DNA of 64,000 nucleotides from contig VGJV01000004.1 of the NCBI GenBank assembly GCA_016867315.1, positions 37,431 to 101,430 of the forward strand, written 5' to 3'. The translations under genes and the position numbers were made by a program. Source of the stretch: Candidatus Liptonbacteria bacterium. GTDB lineage: Bacteria; Patescibacteriota; Minisyncoccia; UBA6257; 2-01-FULL-56-20. Below, piece by piece: positions 39,426 through 49,308 of the stretch (positions are counted from its first letter, which is position 1; every line of letters starts with the position of its first letter). The notes beneath the pieces were generated by a model. That model was not told the origin of the DNA. It saw only the letters and a list, made by a program, of their open reading frames with translations, and did no database searches.

Positions 39426-39623
39426 ATGGCAACGATTGGCGAAAACATCAAAAAAGTACGAAATAAGCTTGGCTTGACCCAAGATGATTTAGTCAGAAAG
39501 TCAGGCGTAAAACACACTACCCTTACCAAAATTGAGAGTAATGTTGTGGTCAAGCCAAGCGTTCAGACGGTCGCAAAGATCGCCAAGGCGTTGGGCATTC
39601 CAATGGAAGAATTTTTAAAATAA
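39426..39623 (+). CDS. XRE-family HTH regulator
   Basis: IGENIKKVR..LTQDDL..TLTKIES..PSVQTVAKIAKALG. Confidence 0.93.
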   Translation: MATIGENIKKVRNKLGLTQDDLVRKSGVKHTTLTKIESNVVVKPSVQTVAKIAKALGIPMEEFLK

Positions 39624-39627
39624 TTTT

Positions 39628-40545
39628 ATGAATATGGAAAAAGGACCAGAAGTAAGAATTGTCGGCGGAGCTTCTGCCGAGAAAAAAGAGCAAGTAAAAA
39701 AAGAAATTGAGCAAGCTCTTTTTAGCCATTTTGAATCTCTTTCGCCGCAAGAGCGAGAACAATTTGAAAAATTTGAATATCCAAAATCTGAAAAAGAGAT
39801 TGCTCTTATCAGTTTCGCTAATGAAGAAACATCTCGACTAATGCAGGAAGCAGGAATTGAGCCGTATGATGTTCCTGTAGATAATTTCCATATCATTCCT
39901 CCAGAGTTATATAAAAAATCTGCGGGCGACGGTGGAACGGCGACGACATTCAATACAAAACAAGGAATAATTTTTGACGCAGAACATTTTCGTGATAATC
40001 CAGTACATTTTGGCGCTGTCGCCCTTCACGAATCGTTACATCTCAAAGCACATTTTTCTATGGAAGTTCAAGAGGATGGCGACAAAGTGAATAAGACACC
40101 ATACCGCGAGGGCGTGACAGTGCGTGCTTTACAAAGTCACGGTTATCACGGGAAATATCATCAACACTTTGCCGGATTGCATGAGGGCATAGTGGCCGAA
40201 ACTGAAAAAAAGTTCTTAGGGAAACTTCTTGATCGCCCAGAACTTGCAAAAGAAAAGGAGTGGTTGACTTCTGACGAAGCAAAAGAAATGAGAAAAAAGT
40301 TGGCGACAGAAAAAGAATTGTCGGAGGACGATATTATTTGGGTTGGCAAAAAAGGAAAAGATGACTGGGAAACTGTTTCGTATCTTCAACAGAGAAATGT
40401 GCTCAATTATGTCTGCGACGAGATACAGAAACAGTTTCCCGACGAATATCAGAACGCAGACGATGTTTACAAAGTTTTTCTCAACGCTCACTTTACTGGT
40501 AGACTTTTGCCTCTTGCGCGTTTAGTGGAAAAAACTTTTGGCTAG
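39628..40545 (+). CDS. Hypothetical zincin-like protein (HExxH)
   Basis: LHESLH and downstream LHEG; stop overlaps the convergent gene. Confidence 0.6.
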   Translation: MNMEKGPEVRIVGGASAEKKEQVKKEIEQALFSHFESLSPQEREQFEKFEYPKSEKEIALISFANEETSRLMQEAGIEPYDVPVDNFHIIPPELYKKSAGDGGTATTFNTKQGIIFDAEHFRDNPVHFGAVALHESLHLKAHFSMEVQEDGDKVNKTPYREGVTVRALQSHGYHGKYHQHFAGLHEGIVAETEKKFLGKLLDRPELAKEKEWLTSDEAKEMRKKLATEKELSEDDIIWVGKKGKDDWETVSYLQQRNVLNYVCDEIQKQFPDEYQNADDVYKVFLNAHFTGRLLPLARLVEKTFG

Positions 40546-42338
40546 ACAATTTCGGCAGTATAGCACTGTTCGCAGAATACAACTTCTGATCGCTTCGGCG
40601 CATAGGAAGTCATGAATTTATTGGGACAATGATTGTCGTTATGAAAATGGCTAGCGGTATTTTCATAGGTGCCGCTTTCGGACTTTGATCCTGCGCAAGC
40701 ACACTTACGACTATAAAACTCAACTGAATTGCGAGCCAGCGAAGATTCGAAATTTCTCGTATTCGGACACTTTCTCGGCAAAGGCAAATTCCACTTCTTG
40801 TATATAGCAAACTCGTTTGGAGTAATTTTAAAAGCCATCGAACACTTATGCTCTTGTGCCGATTTCTTATCAGTGCCCCATGCCTCGCAAAGAATTACAT
40901 CTGAAAGAATTGATTCAGAAACTTCAACAATGGACTCTGGCAATTCTTTCCAACTTTTTGTAACATTGTAACTTTTTTCTTCCGCTTCATACCAAGAATA
41001 TCCAAACTCATTCGCTAGTTCTCTTGAAACGGGTACGTATTCTTGAGCAAGGGTTTCGTTGTAGCTATGCGGACTTATTTCAATGGGAAACATCTCGCCA
41101 TAAGTGTATGTTCTCCCTTTGCTATCGGCATAAGGCATCGTCGACATTTGAGCAATAATTTTCTCCCGAAGCTTTTTATAGGTTTTTTCATCGTACTGCT
41201 TGTTCAAAATACAATATTCTTTCTTGCGAATCGAGATGCAACCAAAAGAATTGCTGGCGTGATCGCAATCTGCAAGATAATCTGAATTTATATTGTTTTC
41301 GCCATTTACACTGAAAAAGCAGCGCGATGAGAAATCAATATTGTTGCATTCATAGGCAAGCTCGCCTGCGTGAACACCAAATACGTCCATCGCGTCCTTT
41401 TGGCCTTTTCCTCCACGAACTGCATATTTCTCATTCTCACCATCGTTAATGTAGAAGGAAAGAAAAACATTTTTGCAGCCATAAATAAACTCGCCTGAAA
41501 CATTGGCGTTACGTTCTCCCGTCATGAATTTATGGATGGCATTTTCTCTGACAGATTTTCTGAATTCAAGCAATGCTTTTTGAAGTGCGGTGTGGGAGCT
41601 GAAGGTTTCCCGTTTTATTTTTTCGAATTCTTCTTTGGTAACCTGTTTATTGAAAACATAATAACTCTTGTTGCGTAGGTTAAAACTGAACAGACAGTTT
41701 TGGCAGTTGCGACAATCATAGAGAAATGCTGACCCGTAACAATTGGAGCATTTTTGACTAAAATGAGTAAGATTGCATTTTGTGCAATCAACTGATGCAA
41801 AACACTGTTCGCAGTTCTTAATAAACAGGCAATCCCAGCAATCTTTACTTTCAAGAACAGTTTGACCGTAACCACAGTTTTCAGAAAACCAACTCCCGAA
41901 CATGAGATATCCACCCTTCATGTGGGCTGTGTAGTTGCAATAATCACTGTCCACGTTGCCAGTGGCATACACAGCTGGTTTTGGCACTACTTGCTGCAAT
42001 TCTTTGAACTGTAAAAAAAATGGTTTGTTGAAGTCATATTCTCGGCCATACGAAAGTGGATCCCATTTATCACTCCACCAGCATTCATGGCAGTATACAG
42101 GGAAAGTAACATCTACTCGATACATGGATATAACATTTTTCTTGCATAAATCGCACGTTCTTCGGTACAAGGAACGCTCGTTACGCCAAACTAGCCGCCG
42201 CGCCAAGCGACATTTCCAGCAAAAAGTTGGAGGCGGGATTTTAACCCTTTCGTAAAAACTAAAATCCTCCGGCTCTATCACGAACTGGCTTTTGCAGTTT
42301 TGACACTGACGATTTTCCGAATTCATTATTTCTATCAT
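40542..42338 (-). CDS. Cys-rich zinc-ribbon/beta-helix hypothetical protein
   Basis: CQNC..F.I, P.FC..C, many CxxC repeats, C-terminal VFCEQCY; architecture I associate with CPR genomes. Confidence 0.75.
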   Translation of the reverse strand: MIEIMNSENRQCQNCKSQFVIEPEDFSFYERVKIPPPTFCWKCRLARRLVWRNERSLYRRTCDLCKKNVISMYRVDVTFPVYCHECWWSDKWDPLSYGREYDFNKPFFLQFKELQQVVPKPAVYATGNVDSDYCNYTAHMKGGYLMFGSWFSENCGYGQTVLESKDCWDCLFIKNCEQCFASVDCTKCNLTHFSQKCSNCYGSAFLYDCRNCQNCLFSFNLRNKSYYVFNKQVTKEEFEKIKRETFSSHTALQKALLEFRKSVRENAIHKFMTGERNANVSGEFIYGCKNVFLSFYINDGENEKYAVRGGKGQKDAMDVFGVHAGELAYECNNIDFSSRCFFSVNGENNINSDYLADCDHASNSFGCISIRKKEYCILNKQYDEKTYKKLREKIIAQMSTMPYADSKGRTYTYGEMFPIEISPHSYNETLAQEYVPVSRELANEFGYSWYEAEEKSYNVTKSWKELPESIVEVSESILSDVILCEAWGTDKKSAQEHKCSMAFKITPNEFAIYKKWNLPLPRKCPNTRNFESSLARNSVEFYSRKCACAGSKSESGTYENTASHFHNDNHCPNKFMTSYAPKRSEVVFCEQCYTAEIV

Positions 42339-42644
42339 GTCTCTGATTCAGCCAAAAGTAAATCCGGCGAGCGGGCAAAAAGTGGAAGGGGGTACGAGGG
42401 GGAGGGAAACTTTTTGCCCACGAGCCGTGATAATCCCCGCCGCCCTGCTCGCAGAGAGCAGAGCCACGCAAAATACTCTTTACGATTTCTGATTTCGCGC
42501 GCGCCAAAAAAATGATTCTGAAAAAGGAAAAGAGTATTTTGCGTGGCGGCGAGCGTCAGCGAGCGGCGGGGTGGTCTGGCGTTCCGCTCTCTTTCTCCTG
42601 TCGCTCGTAAAAGGTGCGAGCGAAGTGTATAATTAGTCCACGCC

Positions 42645-42869
42645 ATGCTTCAACCACTTCAAAAACTCCACGACCGCATTGCAGGGAAATACCCCCACTT
42701 CAAATTTATAATCGGGATCGTTTTGATCCTCGTAGGATTTGTGGCGCTCGTTACGCCTCTTACGCCAGGATCATGGCTCGCGCTGGTAGGGTTGGAATTG
42801 GTGGGAATTCGGGTCTTAACTGGGAAATGGTTTAAGGCTTTATTTTCTCGTCGTCCCCGCGTAGAATAG
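42645..42869 (+). CDS. Small membrane protein
   Basis: Two hydrophobic segments around TPLTPGSW. Confidence 0.6.
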   Translation: MLQPLQKLHDRIAGKYPHFKFIIGIVLILVGFVALVTPLTPGSWLALVGLELVGIRVLTGKWFKALFSRRPRVE

Positions 42870-42876
42870 CGCCTAG

Positions 42877-42963
42877 GGAAGCGTGGCAGAGTGGTCGAAT
42901 GCGCCGCACTCGAAATGCGGTATACCGGAAACGGTATCGGAGGTTCGAATCCTCCCGCTTCCG
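42877..42963 (+). tRNA. tRNA-Ser(CGA)
   Basis: GGAAGCG acceptor, loop CTCGAAA, long variable arm, GTTCGAATC. Confidence 0.95.
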
Positions 42964-42967
42964 CCGA

Positions 42968-43611
42968 ATGATTAAGGCTATTATTTTTGATTTAGATGGT
43001 CTCCTGATTGATTCTCAGCATTTGCAGTATGAGGCAACGAGCAGAGCTTTTTCTGAAAGGGAGTGTTCTTTGACAAAGGAAGATTGGGATCATTTTATTC
43101 ATGGAAGTATGGATTATAAGGAATGGATAGAGCTTCACCACTTGCCAATAACAGTGGAAGAAGTTCGGGCGAGAAAAAAGAGATTTATGACGAGCTAATA
43201 AAAACTGAGCTTCAGCTAAAAGTGGGAGCTCGGGAATTAATTAATACCGTGTATGGTAAATTTAAGCTCGCTGTTGCCTCACATTCCAGAATTGAATCCA
43301 TAGAGCTTTGCATTAATAAATTTAATTTAAAATCCAAATTCGAACATGTAGTTTCTGATCAAGCGGTGGGCAAAAGGAAGCCTCACCCAGAAGTCTTTTT
43401 ACATGTCGCAAATGTAATGAATATGGAGCCAGAAAAGTGTCTTGTATTTGAAGATTCCTTGATGGGTTTAAAAGCGGCGAAATCCGCAGGTATGAAATGC
43501 ATTGTGTGTCCTGACAGTTTTAGCAATCTCGACCACGCATTGTTTGATGGTGCCGATAGAATAGTCTCCTCGTTATATGAAGTTGATTTAGAAATGATTA
43601 CCAAATTTTAA
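42968..43611 (+). pseudogene. HAD-family phosphatase split by a 1-nt frameshift (real or sequencing error)
   Basis: FDLDGLLID in frame 1; KPHP and FEDS in frame 2; A6 at 43174-43179 would need A7. Confidence 0.82.
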
Positions 43612-43705
43612 TTGAATAACATCCGCTTCCAAAAATTCTTCAAGCGGGACTTTGTTATAATCAAAATATTCAAAGGTCGAAGGAAAAGTGGGGATAAATA
43701 GTACT

Positions 43706-44083
43706 ATGAACCCTAAGCAATTTCTTCAGATCGGTGGAGTGGTATTGGTGCTCGTGGGAATCCTCGGCTTCGTAGGAGTTTTGGGTCCTACAGCAGACAA
43801 GAGCATATTCGGAGAAGGATGGTGGTTCGATAACGCCGAAAACTGGGCGCACCTAGTGATCGGCATCATCGCCCTCATTGCCGTCTATGCCATTGGCGCA
43901 GAAGCTCAAAAGCCTCTGGTGGTCGTGGTGGGAGTCGTAGCAGTCCTTGCAGGACTCTACAGCATCTTCCAGCCGGCACTCTTAGGTGCGAACCTCGAGA
44001 ATCCGGCGGACACGATTCTGCACCTCGTGGTGGGAGTCTGGGCCTTAATTGCAGCTCGAGGGAAGACAGGAATGGCGATGTAA
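43706..44083 (+). CDS. DUF4383-like membrane protein
   Basis: Four TM segments with NWAHL and DTILHL. Confidence 0.75.
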   Translation: MNPKQFLQIGGVVLVLVGILGFVGVLGPTADKSIFGEGWWFDNAENWAHLVIGIIALIAVYAIGAEAQKPLVVVVGVVAVLAGLYSIFQPALLGANLENPADTILHLVVGVWALIAARGKTGMAM

Positions 44084-44121
44084 GGGATAGTAGGTAGAAA
44101 GTAGTATGTAGTAGGTAGTAG

Positions 44122-44152
44122 AGCAAAATCCCGTAACGAACGGGATTTTGCT
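44122..44152. terminator. Intrinsic terminator-like hairpin
   Basis: agcaaaatcccgt-aacga-acgggattttgct. Confidence 0.7.
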
Positions 44153-44184
44153 TCAAAAAGAGGGGTTTGTTAAAGTGGGGGAGC

Positions 44185-44256
44185 GCCGGAGTAGCTCAAT
44201 GGCAGAGCAACACTTTTGTAAAGTGAAGGTTGGAGGTTCGACTCCTCTCTCCGGCT
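44185..44256 (+). tRNA. tRNA-Thr(TGT)
   Basis: GCCGGAG acceptor, loop TTTGTAA, GTTCGACTC. Confidence 0.92.
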
Positions 44257-44298
44257 CATGAAATTCACCCCCCACACCAAAAATTTATATGCACTAAG

Positions 44299-44712
44299 AT
44301 GAGAGGGATAAAGAACAGTGCAAAACTAAAGGGTGTAACGAGCAAGCCCATGGTGTGGGGGTTCAAACACACAAGTTACGATTTCGAACGGGAATACCCG
44401 AAACTCGTGCGCGATCGAATCCCTGAAATTCTCCAGAAAAAAGGAGAAAAGCGAAAATTTGATATTCTTAAAAACGACAAAGAATTTCTCGTGCACCTTT
44501 TTAAAAAACTCACCGAGGAATCGATAGAGCTCCAGAAATCTGTAGAGCATAACAATTGGGAGGAAGAGCTGGCGGATATATTTGAAGTGCTCGAAACGAT
44601 TCTTCGAGTGAAAAAGAGGAGCCGAAAAGAAATTGCTGTGATTCAAAAAAAGAAAAGGAATCTACGAGGGGGTTTTAGGAAGCGTTTTCTTATGCTCAAA
44701 AAAGAAGTTTAG
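44299..44712 (+). CDS. Nucleoside triphosphate pyrophosphohydrolase (MazG/PRA-PH-like)
   Basis: YPKLVRDRIPEI, KLTEE, EELADIFEV, RGGF; start uncertain. Confidence 0.82.
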   Translation: MRGIKNSAKLKGVTSKPMVWGFKHTSYDFEREYPKLVRDRIPEILQKKGEKRKFDILKNDKEFLVHLFKKLTEESIELQKSVEHNNWEEELADIFEVLETILRVKKRSRKEIAVIQKKKRNLRGGFRKRFLMLKKEV

Positions 44713-44766
44713 AGAAGGTTTATAGTTTTGACCCTCAGAGTAAAGAATAGTAAACTGAGCGTGCTC

Positions 44767-44838
44767 GCCAGAGTAGTTCAGTGGCAGAACACTTTCATGG
44801 TAAGAAAGGGGTCGGGAGTTCGATTCTCCCCTCTGGCT
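44767..44838 (+). tRNA. tRNA-Thr(GGT)
   Basis: GCCAGAG acceptor, loop ATGGTAA, GTTCGATTC. Confidence 0.93.
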
Positions 44839-45670
44839 CCCAGATAGTACGTTTTGATTCAACACCAACTAAATCCAAAGCGTGCCGTAGGCACGACCAA
44901 GGATTTTCGCCAGGATTGAGAGCAGAATTTGTAAAATTCGGCGCGCTTGCGCGCAATGTTTTGTCGTGGAGGAGGAGGTTCGAGCCAAAGACTTTTTTGG
45001 CAGCAACCTTTTTATTTAAAAGGTTGCTATCCAATGCGATTTTTTCCATATCCTGAGCCTCGTTTATCCATTTTTGTATCGGTTCGAGCCATCGATTCTG
45101 TTTTTGTTGGACAGAAGATATTTCTTCTTCCAGCGACTTTTTCTCGGAAAGAAGTTTTGTTTTTTCAGCACGGTATATCTCTTTATCAATATCCTGTTCG
45201 AGATAGCCGTCTAAAAGTCGCTGGAGCTTCACAGTAATATCTTTTATCCTTTTTTGATTTTTTTCTACAAAAACAGAAGCAGATTGGGCAGATTCTTTTC
45301 TATCTCTGTCCAGTCGCATATTCAAGTAATCTGCCCAATCTTTCGGCATAGAAACTTTTTGAAGCATAGAGGAAATTTGTGCGTCTAATTGCTCCTCCCG
45401 AATACAGGGTTCTGGGCATTTTTGAGTTTTAGACTTTTTAGTGCAGTGATAATAAGTGTAGAAGTGCTGTATACCGTTAAGTTGGTTTTTTATCCTGTAT
45501 TCGCCAGTAATCATCATTCCACAGGAGGCGCAGGTCATCAGTCCGCAAAAAACTTGGGGTTCGTTTTTCTGCTTGTGGCGCGGACGACTTTTCTGCTTCA
45601 TAATTTTCTGCACTTTATCAAAAAGTTTCTTCGAAATAATCGGTTTGTAATTTCCTTCGTGGATTTCTCG
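44795..45670 (-). pseudogene. 5'-truncated large serine recombinase fused in frame to unrelated sequence (ORF 44795-46024)
   Basis: HEG...PII, Zn ribbon, KLQRLLDGYLEQDI, FGSN; no catalytic domain; tail antisense to tRNA-Thr. Confidence 0.85.
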
Positions 45671-46473
45671 TATTCTGCGCAGTTCCACGAGCTCAATGCA
45701 CTCTCCCATTATTCGGCTGACTGCTCTCGACGTGCTCGCTATTCGCTCAGGCTCTGAATTGACATAAGTGTCGATAAAAAGGCATTCGGCAGCTGACTCA
45801 AGTAAGTCCGGTTCAAATGCAGGTGCACACCACTCGTTCTCGCAGATGCGAAATAAAACTTCGCCACGCGAAAGCACATTAGCAAAACATGATATGTGAC
45901 AGGCCAAACGGAACGCAAGTCGGCCAAATCGGGACACACGGTGCTTAAATTGAGCAGATTGATATCCGAGCGCATCCTGAAGCAGTTGACTAAGTTCAGA
46001 TCTCTCACTCAGTCCTTCACACATCTCCGCGGGAAGTGACGGGTAAAATGCCTAAATGAACAGCCATATTCCATTGCAGCTAATATTTTGATGTGTGTAT
46101 CCGGGGTTTCAGATTTCCAGATTTCCCGCGTGGGTGTGCTGTGCTTGACATAAGATGTTTTCCATGAGAGACTTATGTTAGCATTTTGGCACCAAAATAC
46201 GGTTGGCCTCAATGGGGTATTCCTGTTTCTTAGTTTCGTCAGGAACACGCGTTTCTGAACAAGTGCTGAGCGGGCCCCTTATTCGACGTTCGAGCACCCC
46301 TGAAAGCTCATATTGCGTCACAAGGCCAGCTCGTGTCCCCGAACGTTGGCGTTGCAACTGTGGAGCTCGTTTGCGCAACACTCGTTGTCGATGTTTGGCT
46401 GACATCAGTTTCCCCGCAAAACGATCGGCTGCGGGGAAACACAGTGTCAACCAAAACACAAAAGGAGTAGACA

Positions 46474-46710
46474 ATGAAGCAAATGCCCGTGAATTTACAA
46501 GAGTCCCTTTTGGGGGATCACTTACTGGATCACTTACTTGCGTTCGTGATGAGTGATCAGGATGAATTTCCTGTTTCTGAGGAAGAATTCATTCGAAGTT
46601 TCGAGCGACTTATGCCACCGGAGAAAGTCTCGGCTCTCCGCTCGTCGGCTACGGACCTCGCACAACGAATCATGAAAGGCGAGGTGGAGAGCAAATATTC
46701 GTCGCGTTAG
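46474..46710 (+). CDS. Small hypothetical protein
   Basis: 78-aa ORF with AAGGAG RBS, followed by a hairpin. Confidence 0.5.
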   Translation: MKQMPVNLQESLLGDHLLDHLLAFVMSDQDEFPVSEEEFIRSFERLMPPEKVSALRSSATDLAQRIMKGEVESKYSSR

Positions 46711-46877
46711 TTCAAGTAACACATTCTTGTGTCCCAAGTCCTTCATTAAGAGGGACTTTTAATTTTATTTCAACGGTTACCGCAGCTCAAAACGCTGGCA
46801 TGTAAACGCGAACAAGTTTTCTTCTTCCGAACAGCCAGATTTCTCGTATAAGATTTTAACGAAAAGCTTCCGGATTA

Positions 46878-47573
46878 ATGATTGAGGAAAACGGCACTGT
46901 GACCGACGAGGACAATCGGCGTTCAAGCATCGACGAGACCAACTTCCCGAAATTCGTAGAGACCTACGAGGTAAGTTTGGTCGGTTTTTTATGCTGGTTG
47001 GGTTTTTCTGAACAAGATGCTAAAGATTTGATGCAGGAAACGTTGATCAAAGCCTGGGTGAACCGTGGAAGTTATGATCCGTGTAAAGGACGATTGACCA
47101 CCTGGGTCTGGACAATTGCACGCAACGTAGCGATGTCCCAAAGAAAACGGCTCGGGCGCCGGTTGGAAGCGACGGCATGTTCTCTAGACGTCTTACTGGA
47201 GGAGGGCAGAGAAACCGAGTTAGATCAAGGGGGATCTGAACCACAGCTCGAAACTGATCATTCCGCTATTAAGCATGCGCTGCATGATTTTTCTAAGACA
47301 TTGACACCACTGCTGAAGGATCTCCTCGATATCAGGATTAAACTCTGGGAAAATGGAGATGCTAAAATAACGCAAGGAAAAGTCCGACGAGCTCTTGCGG
47401 AGAGACGTTGCGTCCCGGTCAGCGAAGTGCCTCTGAATCAAGTAAAGGGCGGACAGGAAAGGATTTCGCCGCATTCTCAATATCCAAGGGATTCTTTTCT
47501 TCCACCGTTGCTAATTTTATGCCGGAAAAACTCACACTCATTTCCGCGTATGAAAAAGGTCCGCTTGTGGTAG
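46878..47573 (+). CDS. ECF-type sigma-70 factor-like protein, C-terminus aberrant
   Basis: Region 2: DAKDLMQETLIKAW...GRLTTWVWTIARN; region 4 not recognisable. Confidence 0.72.
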   Translation: MIEENGTVTDEDNRRSSIDETNFPKFVETYEVSLVGFLCWLGFSEQDAKDLMQETLIKAWVNRGSYDPCKGRLTTWVWTIARNVAMSQRKRLGRRLEATACSLDVLLEEGRETELDQGGSEPQLETDHSAIKHALHDFSKTLTPLLKDLLDIRIKLWENGDAKITQGKVRRALAERRCVPVSEVPLNQVKGGQERISPHSQYPRDSFLPPLLILCRKNSHSFPRMKKVRLW

Positions 47574-48337
47574 GGCAATTTAATTACGCAGGTCGGTCGC
47601 TGGGAGTCATCACTTTTTTACGAGAGAAAGAGGGTATGCGAGTGGATTACCCTACTTATATGGCCTCGCTCAATGTAATGCTTAGCACTCAGATAAAAAC
47701 TATGGAAGAAGAGCTGGAAGTTTCGCGAGAAGAGGTATTCGAGACAATTGTGGAAGCCTCGCATCCTAATTCAAAAATAAAATCCGAGGCGTTGTGGATA
47801 CCGCTCTCAATGAGGCAAGATCTTCAACCCGCAGACAACATCCCGTTAGTGAACTATAAAGATGCCAAATACGGGTTCACAATACAATACCCAGTTGGGT
47901 GGGAAGTATTCAAAGAGAGTACGGATGATCTCTACTCAATATTTTTTATTGCGCCGGCTGTACAAACGGGTAATAAGCTGAGAGGGTCGGTAGTGGTAAA
48001 TGTGGCCATCTTGCAGTCTGTAGAGAGTAGCGCCGAAGCAGTGGGCCGTGGATTTGAGGGGCAGGTAGTAAATGATGCAAAAAATCTCGGGAATCAGTGG
48101 ATAATTAAGGAGAAAACCAAAATAGAATTCGCAGGGCTTCCCGCGTATCGCTTTGCCTCCACTAAATTGCGAACTTTTGATGAGGGAAAGACATATGTAC
48201 GGCAAGTTCAGGAAGATACTCTTTTCACGAGAAGTGGCTTAGTATACGACCTCGCATACAAGCATAACAGTGATAATTTTGAGAGCCTGAAGCCCTTAGG
48301 GGAGCGGGTGCTTAATACATTTGATTTTGGAAACTAA
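47519..48337 (+). CDS. Hypothetical protein with PsbP-like C-terminal domain (possibly 5'-truncated)
   Basis: YKDAKYGFTIQYPVGW...VLNTFDF pattern. Confidence 0.6.
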   Translation: MPEKLTLISAYEKGPLVVGQFNYAGRSLGVITFLREKEGMRVDYPTYMASLNVMLSTQIKTMEEELEVSREEVFETIVEASHPNSKIKSEALWIPLSMRQDLQPADNIPLVNYKDAKYGFTIQYPVGWEVFKESTDDLYSIFFIAPAVQTGNKLRGSVVVNVAILQSVESSAEAVGRGFEGQVVNDAKNLGNQWIIKEKTKIEFAGLPAYRFASTKLRTFDEGKTYVRQVQEDTLFTRSGLVYDLAYKHNSDNFESLKPLGERVLNTFDFGN

Positions 48338-48356
48338 ATAACGTATAATTTTCGCC

Positions 48357-48527
48357 ATGGCTAAGGTAAAACGTTCAGATCATCTTATCGGCTTGCGCTG
48401 TACGACGTGCAAACGCCGGAATTACTATTCCCACCGAAATAGAAAGAAGGTGGAGCGAAAAATCGAACTCAAAAAGTTCTGCGAGTGGTGCCGCAAGCAT
48501 ACCGCTCACAAAGAGGTAAAAATCTAG
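48357..48527 (+). CDS. rpmG: 50S ribosomal protein L33 (below ORF-track cutoff)
   Basis: MAKVKRSDHLIGLRCTTCKRRNYYSHRNRKKVERKIELKKFCEWCRKHTAHKEVKI. Confidence 0.95.
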   Translation: MAKVKRSDHLIGLRCTTCKRRNYYSHRNRKKVERKIELKKFCEWCRKHTAHKEVKI

Positions 48528-48534
48528 AACTGGG

Positions 48535-48957
48535 ATGGAAATCCCTCAGTTTGGAACAAAACAAGAGGGGATACCATACGTCGATCGCCCGAGTGCGTAC
48601 GCGCTTATCATGCGTGCAGACGGGCGCATTCCTGTGATAGAAGACGAAGGAAAATACTTTCTATTGGGTGGAGGATTGGAGGCGGGAGAATCGGAAGAAG
48701 AGGCGCTCCGCCGGGAAATATTCGAAGAAGCGGGAAGGGAAATGCTCTCATTTTCTTTTTTGGGAAAGGCGAACCAATATGTGGATGCTCCGGAGGGTCA
48801 TTTCAATAAGTTGGGAGTTTTTTATCGAGTGGAAATGCGTGATGAGAAAAAGATGGAACATGATCCCAGCTTTCAATGGATCACTATAGAAGAGTTTCGC
48901 GCGCATGCCGCACATGAAGCGCAGGTATGGGCAATCGAAAATCTTTTGAGGCGCTAA
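48535..48957 (+). CDS. NUDIX hydrolase
   Basis: GGGLEAGESEEEALRREIFEEAG. Confidence 0.92.
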   Translation: MEIPQFGTKQEGIPYVDRPSAYALIMRADGRIPVIEDEGKYFLLGGGLEAGESEEEALRREIFEEAGREMLSFSFLGKANQYVDAPEGHFNKLGVFYRVEMRDEKKMEHDPSFQWITIEEFRAHAAHEAQVWAIENLLRR

Positions 48958-48997
48958 TTGGCATTTTTTGTGTAATTCAATAGAATCTTTGGAGTAG

Positions 48998-49068
48998 GGG
49001 GGTATCGTTCAGTGGCAGGACAGCGGTCTCCAAAACCGCTAACGTGGGTTCGATTCCTACTACCCCCG
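48998..49068 (+). tRNA. tRNA-Trp(CCA)
   Basis: GGGGGTA/TACCCCC acceptor, loop CTCCAAA, GTTCGATTC. Confidence 0.94.
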
Positions 49069-49303
49069 CATTAGATTTTGTTAACGCGTAAGCGTGTTAC
49101 AAAACCTTATGTCCTGCCATCGGCGGGGCAATGATAGGAATCGAACAAAGGGTGGGTCGGAGGGAAGGCCATCGGATTCCCTCCGTGTCGGAGAGCCGCC
49201 AGCAGCGGATATCGAGAACCGAGGGTTCTTGAAGCGCAGTCCTGAACGAATGTGAAGGACGAGTAGTGAGATCCCCTCGACTGCGAAGCAGTTACTACCC
49301 CGC
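49069..49303. mobile_element. Small structured tRNA-linked element
   Basis: Inverted T-arm copy at 49135-49146, degenerate repeat of the tRNA 3' end at 49293-49303, several hairpins. Confidence 0.5.
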
Positions 49304-49308
49304 CCCTA

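Larger units (their letters stand above)
37360..42641. mobile_element. Genomic island at the tRNA-Ala(GGC) 3' end, about 5.3 kb
   Basis: Integrase, XRE regulator and AT-richer cargo; core gtccac at 37360-37365 recurs at 42636-42641 next to a structured end (right boundary tentative). Confidence 0.65.

Noticed and set aside
37360-42641. Prophage
   Set aside because: No capsid, terminase, tail or replication genes; only integrase, regulator and cargo.
42335-42646. ORF as a real gene or as the direct excised-form tail of the tRNA-Ala integrase
   Set aside because: It covers a structured non-coding end, and the RTFY motif there is one base out of register with the integrase frame, so a simple attL/attR pairing is unproven.
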